From a bacterium (lineage in GTDB: Bacteria; Zhuqueibacterota; Zhuqueibacteria; Oceanimicrobiales; Oceanimicrobiaceae): a DNA stretch of 39,238 nucleotides. The translations under genes and the position numbers were made by a program. The notes under the pieces are model-generated. The model saw nothing but the letters and a program-made list of their open reading frames with translations, ran no database searches and had not been told where the DNA came from. Shown piece by piece: positions 1-7,402 of the stretch (positions are counted from its first letter, which is position 1; each line of letters begins with the position of its first letter). The DNA lies in contig JBHHXN010000029.1 of NCBI GenBank assembly GCA_046757025.1, forward strand, positions 1 through 39,238, read 5' to 3'.

Positions 1-215
1 TTGATTTAAAAAACAAAACGTCGATTTTGAAAGCAGGTATTCGAACAACGGTGGCTCTGTTTGTGATAAGTTTCGATTACCTTAACAAGTTAATCTCCAT
101 TTTCGCATTTATTGAGAACGTATTTTCAATTTAAGATAAATCGATTTGTACTCTTGCGATTTTTTATTTTTCAAACCATTCCACCTCTGCCGGAACCTAA
201 AAAGGAGACATCAAA

Positions 216-677
216 ATGCGAATATTCTCAGACTTTATCGTGGCTGTCAGTGTAAGTTTGCTTATTTGTAATTGTGCTAGCTCCCCATCCAAAAATCGAG
301 TTAATCTAACCGATAAAAAATTTGACTTCGGTAAATGTCGAGATGCCCGCATTTTGATGGGCGTCATCGCGAACACTTTTTACCAGCACGGTTTTGAAGT
401 ATTGAGCAGCAACCATTCTCTGGAAACCGATTGGTGCCTGCAATATCCAACAGAGATAGAATCGCGCACAGGTGTGCGGCAACTGCGCTACAAAGCCGTG
501 GTTTCGTTGACCGCTTTGCGTAGTTTATCCAAAGCTTCCCTCAAATTGATTTATCAAGCACAGGACAAAAACGGCGGGTGGAGAAAAAACCCCGCCCGCC
601 CTGAAACCATCGATACCATCAAAACCATGCAATCGGAAGTGATTCGAGAACTGCAGCGCTACACCATTCAGTGGTAA
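216..677 (+). CDS. Hypothetical lipoprotein
   Basis: 153-aa ORF with AAAGGAG SD, hydrophobic N-terminus and lipobox-like LICNC-ASS; no family recognised. Confidence 0.75.
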   Translation: MRIFSDFIVAVSVSLLICNCASSPSKNRVNLTDKKFDFGKCRDARILMGVIANTFYQHGFEVLSSNHSLETDWCLQYPTEIESRTGVRQLRYKAVVSLTALRSLSKASLKLIYQAQDKNGGWRKNPARPETIDTIKTMQSEVIRELQRYTIQW

Positions 678-889
678 TTTTTGGGGTTCAATTCTTGTGC
701 CGATTTTGTGTCAGGTTTCAAAGGCGGATAAAGATTGTTAAAATCAGCTCAATCAATTCGCTGCCATTTCAAATTTTTTGAATTTTCGATTTTTATCTTA
801 GAATGGGATAAACGGCAGTCAGATGCCAGCCAGCTTCTGCTCACGCGCTGCCTTTTCGGTGTTGTATGCCACAATTGGTTGATGTGCCT

Positions 890-928
890 TGTGCAATGCC
901 CTGCTCAAAGGATGCAATAACTTGCACA
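890..928. promoter_or_regulatory. Two tandem TGTGCAA-N4-TTGCACA-like boxes (candidate sigma54 activator sites)
   Basis: TGTGCAAtgccCTGCTCA (890-907) and GATGCAAtaacTTGCACA (911-928), 21 bp apart, 65-100 bp upstream of the -24/-12 element. Confidence 0.45.
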
Positions 929-992
929 TTTTCAGTTCTGCTGTTTTCCTGGATCATTGGTAATTTCTCACTTTGAATTCTCACTTTCACTT

Positions 993-1009
993 TTGGCATG
1001 GGGATTGCT
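993..1009 (+). promoter_or_regulatory. sigma54 (RpoN) -24/-12 promoter
   Basis: TTGGCATGGGGATTGCT matches TGGCAY-N5-TTGCW with exact GG-N10-GC spacing. Confidence 0.65.
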
Positions 1010-1152
1010 TAAATACGTTTGAAATTTTAAAAAATAATTAAATTAAAATTATCTATTTTCATATTTCACATTAAATGGATTTAAGTTGCTCGATGGCGGT
1101 CGCTTGAACCGGGCGGGGAATTTAAAAATAGGCCATATTAGATGCAGCTAAA

Positions 1153-1222
1153 ATAAAAAAGCTCAATGAGAGCAGCAACTCTCATCGAGCTGGCATAAAA
1201 GGTTGGATAGACCTCTTAAGGT
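1153..1222 (-). ncRNA. Candidate ~70-nt two-hairpin small RNA, antisense to the susC leader
   Basis: Minus strand: AAGAGGT-ctatcca-ACCTTTT hairpin, then GCTCGATGAGAG-ttgctg-CTCTCATTGAGC-TTTTTT terminator; both stems have G-U pairs only on the minus strand; dedicated promoter upstream. Confidence 0.6.
1155..1191 (-). terminator. Intrinsic terminator of the candidate sRNA
   Basis: 12-13 bp stem (1161-1172 / 1179-1190), 6-nt loop, U6 tract on the minus strand. Confidence 0.7.
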
Positions 1223-1228
1223 AAAAAC

Positions 1229-1257
1229 AATATAATACTTTTCACTCACAATTGCAA
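1229..1257 (-). promoter_or_regulatory. sigma70-type promoter for the candidate sRNA
   Basis: Minus strand TTGCAA (1257-1252), 17-nt spacer, TATATT (1234-1229). Confidence 0.6.
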
Positions 1258-1284
1258 GAATTATCTCACCTCTACCCTACCTTT

Positions 1285-1302
1285 TGTGCCAATCTTGGCA
1301 CA
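1285..1302. promoter_or_regulatory. Palindromic operator-like site
   Basis: TGTGCCAA-TC-TTGGCACA with perfect 8-bp arms; same 18-bp geometry as the boxes at 890-928. Confidence 0.5.
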
Positions 1303-1664
1303 CATACCCGGTCAAATTTTTATCCCACTTGTATAACCACTTTCAATGTCGTGCAATTTTATCCATTCTAATGGTGATACAAAATCCTCGGTGCCAAAGG
1401 AATCACCAGTCTCTGTTTTTTTTAATAATAGGGCTTTGAATTTCCAGATGGGATTTCTGTTTTAGATAAAAAACGGCCGGTACTACAACAGACTGCAAGC
1501 AGAATAAACGTTCGGACTAGTAATAACCCGGTTCGTTCGTTCCCATTGACTGAGCAAAATTTTAGGCAATTCGATGCCCAATTTTTTACAGCGACTTTTG
1601 AGTCCACGCATCGTAGCAATACATTTTCATTAAAAACTGAGTTGTTTAAAACTGAAAGGAGGCA

Positions 1665-1700
1665 ATGATGATGATGTGCGTATGTTTTGACACTTCTTAA
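1665..1700 (+). other. Possible leader peptide MMMMCVCFDTS
   Basis: AAAGGAGG at 1655-1662 followed by ATG ATG ATG ATG TGC GTA TGT TTT GAC ACT TCT TAA, ending 91 nt before susC. Confidence 0.3.
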
Positions 1701-1791
1701 TTTAGGTTTTTTATGAAACCACTTCTTTTTTAAGAAGAGCATGTAACCTTAATCTAATAATTCAATCCAACTAACTCATGGAGGGTTCGTT

Positions 1792-4647
1792 ATGTTATCT
1801 TTCAATTCCAGAAAGTGTCTGTTACACGGAGCTTTCACTCATTTTATTCTACTACTTTTATTTCTGGGTCTGTTCGCCGCCAAAAATTTTGCGAATGCAC
1901 AGACAAATGGCACCATTACGGGCACGATCATCGATGATCGCACCGGGGAAGCCTTACCTGGTACCAACGTTTTTATTAAAGGCACCACTCTTGGTTCGGC
2001 AGCAGACCTGGAAGGTACGTTCACTGTTCGCAACGTACCGCCGGGCAATTACACGCTCATTGCGGCCTTCGTCGGTTATCATTCACAGGAAATATCCGTG
2101 AACGTGGTGGCCAACGAAGAAACCAGGGTTAATTTTTCATTGAAGATCAGCGCCCTGCAGATGGACGAAATCGTGGTGACGGGCACCGGTTACGAGCTCA
2201 AGAAAAAAGAGCTGACCACCGCCATCGCCACTATTAATTCGGATGAAATCGAAGCCTCGCCGGTAGAATCCATCGATCATCTGCTGCAAGGCCGGATTGC
2301 TGGTGGTTCGGTGAACATGAATTCTGGCTCACCCGGCACCGGCACCCGCATTCGCTTGCGCGGCATCACCAGCGCCAACGCCAGTCTGACTCCGGTCATC
2401 TATATCGACGGTGTGCGCGTGGACAACAATGACAACTTCCGTCTCGAACAGCAGACCGGCGGCCTGCAAACCAGCGTTTTATCAGACATCCTGATTGGCG
2501 ACATTGAGCGCATCGAAGTTACCAAAGGCGGGGCCGCATCCACTTTATACGGATCGGAAGCGGCCAGTGGGGTTATCCAGATTTTCACTAAAAAAGGCAA
2601 AGCCGGCAAAGCCAAAGCCACCTTCAAAGTCGAGCAAGGTGTCAACTCACCGGAAACCAAATTCGTCATCGAAGATTTCACCAAAGACGAAGTACTTAGC
2701 AGCGGCTACTACCAAAAGTACTCGGCTTCTCTGGATGGCGGAAGCGAAAAACTTACCTATCATCTCAGCGGTCATGTGCTGGACTCCGAGGGCGTACTGC
2801 CAAAAAACGATGAAACTCAGTACTCGTTTCGCGCCGGCGTGCGCACATTCCCGGCTGAAAAATTTCAGATCGACTTCTCTGCCGGACTGATCAGAGACGA
2901 TTATGAAAGAATGTTCAACAACAACGCCATCGCTGACCTGTATGGAACTATCGAAGGTTTTGATTCGCAATTTTTCGGACCCAACGTCACCGACGAAGAA
3001 AGAAAAACGCTGGTTCGGGAATATTCTCTCCCGAATTTAACTTATGCTGTCAATCGCTTCAATTTCGGCACCACCGCATCCTGGGATCCCATCAAGTATT
3101 TTTCTACGCGTTTGACCCTGGGAATGGATTACCGCAAAAACGAAGAGCGCCAGTTCATTCCCATCGAAGCCGAAATTGTCACCAGTACTCCGGGCGGCGG
3201 ACTCTTCCGCTCGGACCGGGAATTTTTAACCTTGACCATCGATTACGCCGGTACCATCAAGTACCCGATGGAAGGCCCCATTACATCGACCTTCACCGTG
3301 GGCGGCCAGGGCTTTCGAGAAGAAGATCGCGAAAGTCAGGTTTCAGCCACGAGTTTCGGCCTGCCCGGCACAGACGATTTTGATAACGCCGCCAACCTCG
3401 CTCCTCTGGAATCAAATCAGGAAATATTCAGCGGTGGTTTCTATTTCAATGAGCAGCTCGGTTTATGGAACAAATTGTTCCTAAATGCCGGCGTTCGTTT
3501 TGATGGCAACACGGCTTTCGGCGACGAGGTGGATCTGGAGGCCTTCCCAAAATTCGGCGCCGCTTACAATATTTCTGATGAAGCTTTCTGGCAGAAATTG
3601 CCCTGGAACGACATCCTGAATCAACTCAAATTCCGCTTCTCCTGGGGCAAGACCGGCAGTTTCCCGAATCCTTTTACACGGGACAAAACCTTCACGCAAG
3701 GCGCTTTTTTACAGGGCGTGGCGGTAAACTTCGGCAACCCGGGCGACGCCAGTTTAGCGCCGGAAAAAACCCGCACCATCGAAGTCGGTTTGGACGCCGC
3801 GCTGTTAAATGACCGCATTGGCGTCGAGTTCACGGTGTTCGATGAAAAAACCACCGACGCCTTATTCCGCGTGCCCAGCCAGCCCGCGACCGGCCTGGGT
3901 TTCCAACTGCGCAACGTCGGCACCATTGAAAACGACGGCATCGAACTGGCCATCAACGCAACGGTGATAGAATCCCGAAATTTCCGATTCTCTCTGCGCG
4001 GCTCCTATTCGACCCTGGACAACGAAGTGACCAGCCTGGGCGGTGCACAGCCCTTCAGCTCAGGCGGATTCGGTTTCCTCCCACAACGTGTGGAAGAAGG
4101 ACACCCTGTGGGTGTGTTCCGCACAAACAAACCGGTGCCCAATCCAGAGACTGGCGAATTGGACGGTGATTTCGATACGGTGTTTGAATTTTCTCCAACT
4201 GCTGACAAATACTATTCCATCTCAGCGAATTTCACCATCTTTCGCAATCTGGAATTGTCGGTTCTGGGTGACGGCCAGAGCGGCGCCAATATCTTGAACA
4301 CGGGATCGGTCATTCGTTTCTTCAACGGCGGAGAACCTCAGGCCAGCAAAGTCCCTGCGAATTATTCATTCTTTACAGCCTCACATGTGTTTGTAGAAGA
4401 CGCCAGTTATTTCAAAATTCGTGAAATTAACGCGTCCTACAGATTGCCGCAAAAATACTTTGGCACGCAGTTAACGTTTTTCGCCAACATTCGAAACGTC
4501 CTCACGTTTGCCGATAATGACGATCTCGATCCCGAATTGCATGGCATCACCAATTTTAACGCCACTTCCACCGACGTGGGCGGATTAAATTTCTTTACCC
4601 TTCCAGCACCCCGTCAATTCCGATTTGGCGTATTGGTTGGACTCTAA
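1792..4647 (+). CDS. SusC/RagA-family TonB-dependent outer membrane receptor
   Basis: Signal peptide, CarboxypepD_reg-like N-domain (GEALPGTNV), TonB box region (MDEIVVTG), plug (PVIYIDGV...IERIEVTKG.AASTLYG..AASGVIQIFTKKG), SusC-type motifs EDASYFKIREI and terminal PRQFRFG. Confidence 0.95.
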   Translation: MLSFNSRKCLLHGAFTHFILLLLFLGLFAAKNFANAQTNGTITGTIIDDRTGEALPGTNVFIKGTTLGSAADLEGTFTVRNVPPGNYTLIAAFVGYHSQEISVNVVANEETRVNFSLKISALQMDEIVVTGTGYELKKKELTTAIATINSDEIEASPVESIDHLLQGRIAGGSVNMNSGSPGTGTRIRLRGITSANASLTPVIYIDGVRVDNNDNFRLEQQTGGLQTSVLSDILIGDIERIEVTKGGAASTLYGSEAASGVIQIFTKKGKAGKAKATFKVEQGVNSPETKFVIEDFTKDEVLSSGYYQKYSASLDGGSEKLTYHLSGHVLDSEGVLPKNDETQYSFRAGVRTFPAEKFQIDFSAGLIRDDYERMFNNNAIADLYGTIEGFDSQFFGPNVTDEERKTLVREYSLPNLTYAVNRFNFGTTASWDPIKYFSTRLTLGMDYRKNEERQFIPIEAEIVTSTPGGGLFRSDREFLTLTIDYAGTIKYPMEGPITSTFTVGGQGFREEDRESQVSATSFGLPGTDDFDNAANLAPLESNQEIFSGGFYFNEQLGLWNKLFLNAGVRFDGNTAFGDEVDLEAFPKFGAAYNISDEAFWQKLPWNDILNQLKFRFSWGKTGSFPNPFTRDKTFTQGAFLQGVAVNFGNPGDASLAPEKTRTIEVGLDAALLNDRIGVEFTVFDEKTTDALFRVPSQPATGLGFQLRNVGTIENDGIELAINATVIESRNFRFSLRGSYSTLDNEVTSLGGAQPFSSGGFGFLPQRVEEGHPVGVFRTNKPVPNPETGELDGDFDTVFEFSPTADKYYSISANFTIFRNLELSVLGDGQSGANILNTGSVIRFFNGGEPQASKVPANYSFFTASHVFVEDASYFKIREINASYRLPQKYFGTQLTFFANIRNVLTFADNDDLDPELHGITNFNATSTDVGGLNFFTLPAPRQFRFGVLVGL

Positions 4648-4804
4648 AAAATCGGTTGATTTTCAATGATAAAAAATTTGATGTCTGAAACGGATTGTCA
4701 GAAGAGAAAAGAAAGTACATTGAACAACACTGGCCATGGGTTTATTTCCAGATCATCAAATATTTTTGATTCACTAAAAAACATCGAAACTTTAGGAGAA
4801 AATA

Positions 4805-6232
4805 ATGAATAAATTCAAAGCAAGCTGGGTGTGCACTTTCGTCATCGGGTGCACAATCCTGGCATTCTCAATGAACGGTTGTGATTTTTTGAATCCAACC
4901 GACGTAAGAAACCCGCAGACCACCGAAGAAAGTCTGGAAAGCGGCGGTACCGGCGCGTCCGGACCATTTTTAAATGGCGTAGCATTCCGTTATTCGGACG
5001 CCATTGAAGACATTTCCTACTTCACCGATGTGGTTTCCGACAACTACGACAACGTCGCGACCTTCATTTCGCCGGAGGCGGATTTTCCCAGAAACATGCG
5101 TCCCAGCGATCTCACTTTAAATGGCGGCGGCGGACCCTATTTTGAAGTTCAGGAGCTGCGTTCATTAGCTGATTTTACCATCACCGGTGTGATTCCAAAT
5201 GACGCGCAAGCCACGCCGGATGACCTGGCTGAAGCGCTGTTCTACCGCGGTATGTCCAATCTGCTGGCCGGCGAAAACTTCAGCGCCGTACCCACAGAAG
5301 AAAACGGCCCACTGGTTCCTTCCGAACAGTTGCTGCAATTGGCTGTAGCCGATTTTACCGAAGCGCTGAATACCAGTCAGCATTCCGGATTTGAAGCGCG
5401 CATTCACATCGTGAAAGCACGCGCTTACCGACTACTTGGCGACAAAGCCAACGCCGAGGTGGAAGCCAACGCCGCGTTGGGGGCGGCTTCCCCTGATTTT
5501 GTTTTCCCGGCGCAGTTTGACGCAGCAAACAACATCAATTCAGCTTACAACTTTGCCGTGAGCCGGGCTTTAAACGACGTCCAGCCCTTACCGCGTTTGG
5601 ATTTTCTCGATCCCAAATATCTGGATCGTGATTCGCCCATTGCCTCGGTAAAAATGGAAGAAGCGCATCTGATTTTAGCAGAAGCCGCGCTTTCGAACGG
5701 CGACAACGCCGGCGCCGTGGGGCATCTGGTCAACGCCATCAACCTGGCCAAAAGCCGCGGCACCTCCTCCTTTGTGGATGACGATCCCCGCGAGTTGCGG
5801 CCGCAAGCCGGCACTGTACAAGCGGGGCCGAGTGCGTCTGCAATCTCAGGATTGATTCTTCCTCGCAGCGGGCTGCTGGTGCAGGTGCCTACGATTTCTG
5901 GCAGCAGTCTCAACGCGGCAGCGGTCAGCGCCCTGACCGATCCGGCGGAGATTTTTTACACGCTCTACCTCGCACGGCAAGAGATCTTTTTCTACGAAGG
6001 CCGGCGCATGAGCGATCTCGGCATTAAACTACCTATCATGAACCGTGAAATCGAAACCAATACCAACATCAATGCCGGAGATCTGGGGACGGTGGCCGTG
6101 GTGCCCGACTACATCCCGGCCGAAGACGGTTTGGACGCTTTCACCTTTGATGGCAGCAACACCGTCATCAGCGTGGACATGAACCAGGTGCTGACGGACA
6201 ACCGAATTTCGCCCTTCAGCATGCCATTTTAG
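4805..6232 (+). CDS. SusD/RagB-like outer membrane lipoprotein
   Basis: Lipobox MNGC-DFL, AEALFYRG, EEAHLILAEA, RQEIFFYEGRRMSD (SusD ER.E..EG.R..D-like); directly follows susC. Confidence 0.85.
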   Translation: MNKFKASWVCTFVIGCTILAFSMNGCDFLNPTDVRNPQTTEESLESGGTGASGPFLNGVAFRYSDAIEDISYFTDVVSDNYDNVATFISPEADFPRNMRPSDLTLNGGGGPYFEVQELRSLADFTITGVIPNDAQATPDDLAEALFYRGMSNLLAGENFSAVPTEENGPLVPSEQLLQLAVADFTEALNTSQHSGFEARIHIVKARAYRLLGDKANAEVEANAALGAASPDFVFPAQFDAANNINSAYNFAVSRALNDVQPLPRLDFLDPKYLDRDSPIASVKMEEAHLILAEAALSNGDNAGAVGHLVNAINLAKSRGTSSFVDDDPRELRPQAGTVQAGPSASAISGLILPRSGLLVQVPTISGSSLNAAAVSALTDPAEIFYTLYLARQEIFFYEGRRMSDLGIKLPIMNREIETNTNINAGDLGTVAVVPDYIPAEDGLDAFTFDGSNTVISVDMNQVLTDNRISPFSMPF

Positions 6233-6338
6233 TTTATTCGAGTTTTTCTCGTTTAATGTATCCAGGTTGCCCGCATATTCTTTTGAATCTGTGGGCAATT
6301 TTATTTTTTTTCAGATTATTTTATTCGAGGAGATTAAC

Positions 6339-6728
6339 ATGCGCTCGTTACTAATCTTGTTATTAAGTTTCGTTTTCATCAATGCCTGCTCATCCACTTC
6401 GAAAAGCCGCAGCCAAAGCCAGGATAAATATGTGATCACCAACGAAGTCATTACAAATTCCAGCGCCACCAATGCGTTCGAAATCATTCAGCAACACCGT
6501 CCCCAGTGGTTTATTCGGATTCCTTCCCGGGGCACCAAATCCCTTTACACCGACGATGCCTCTCACCCGGTCGTCTATATGAACGACGTTCGGCGCGGCA
6601 AAATCGAGACGCTGCGCCAGATTTCGAGCCAGGCCGTCAAGGAGATTCGCTACCTGAAACCGCGGGAAGCCTCGTTGCGATTCGGTCTGGGGCACACCGG
6701 CGGCGCGATTCTGTTGAAAATGAAATAG
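6339..6728 (+). CDS. Small lipoprotein consisting of a stand-alone TonB-receptor plug-like domain
   Basis: Start moved to ATG 6339 (GAGGAG SD); lipobox INAC-SS; PVVYMNDVR...VKEIRYLK.REASLRFG.GHTGGAI parallels plug motifs. Confidence 0.8.
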   Translation: MRSLLILLLSFVFINACSSTSKSRSQSQDKYVITNEVITNSSATNAFEIIQQHRPQWFIRIPSRGTKSLYTDDASHPVVYMNDVRRGKIETLRQISSQAVKEIRYLKPREASLRFGLGHTGGAILLKMK

Positions 6729-6733
6729 GCGCC

Positions 6734-6760
6734 GGCGGCTTTCTGCACCGCCAATTTTTT
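6734..6760 (+). terminator. Weak intrinsic terminator after the susCD-plug operon
   Basis: GGCGG-N9-CCGCC followed by AATTTTTT. Confidence 0.35.
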
Positions 6761-6814
6761 GTCGATTGGAATAAGCTGAAATTTAGAATAGACCAGTAGA
6801 TTTTTGGTGCTTAG

Positions 6815-6973
6815 TATTCCATTTCAAAATGGATTGTCGGGTACCTATCTTCATGCTGAGTCCCAATTCAAATTCGGAGAACCATGATCTTCACCCTGAG
6901 CGGAGACGAAGGGTGAAGATCGGTAGCTGCTATTATCTCTTGTGAACCCTGCAACCATTTCTAAAATGGAGCA
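6815..6973. repeat. MITE-like element enclosing a REP-like hairpin
   Basis: Related palindromic ends CCATTTCAAAATGG (6819-6832) and CCATTTCTAAAATGG (6955-6969); internal perfect 12-bp stem GATCTTCACCCT / AGGGTGAAGATC (6886-6921). Confidence 0.5.
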
Positions 6974-7051
6974 CATAGCGCCGTGCATCGACCAGGTTTT
7001 GTCCATATATTGAAATTTCTAAACTCGAATATCGAAACAAACTTGAAAATC

Positions 7052-7268
7052 GAGGATTGAGGATGGCGGAATGCGGAATATGGGTTGAATGAGATTTAGG
7101 ATCTGACGAGAATATTCATTCAGCAGGAATCCTATTAATTAACAGCAGCTTACTTTAATAAAAATACTGAGTGACAACCGGATTCACAATCAATGATCTT
7201 AAACCGTGATTTTGGAATTAATCAGGTTAGTAGATAATTCCGATATCCGAAATCCTAAATCTGCAATC
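7052..7268. repeat. Inverted pair of degenerate heptamer tracts
   Basis: GAGGATT-GAGGATG-GCGGAAT-GCGGAAT (7052-7079) versus ATTCCGA-TATCCGA-AATCCTA-AATCTGC (7237-7264). Confidence 0.5.
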
Positions 7269-7402
7269 AGAATGTTTCGGATTTCCTTTTCACTTTACCT
7301 CGACGCTGGTCAACTAAAAAATATGGGTAAAGATGAGGAGGCTTATCGGCGCCATCTTTTCGCAGCATCGTCAGTGAACAGGGTTAGATTCCCATGCGGA
7401 GC

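Noticed and set aside
965..992. TTCTCACTTT short direct repeats before the sigma54 site
   Set aside because: Low-complexity; cannot be separated from chance or heptamer-type background
1300..1650. Possible riboswitch in the susC leader (GGTGAT...ATCACC stem near 1373-1407 before a T tract)
   Set aside because: No recognisable TPP, cobalamin, SAM-I or c-di-GMP-I core; an Rfam scan would be needed to exclude rarer classes
735..1742. ORFs 735-920 (+) and 1422-1742 (-)
   Set aside because: Non-ATG or no-RBS starts, non-protein-like composition, and overlap with regulatory sequence
6800..7400. CRISPR-like array among the repeats
   Set aside because: No identical regularly spaced repeats with unique spacers, and no cas genes
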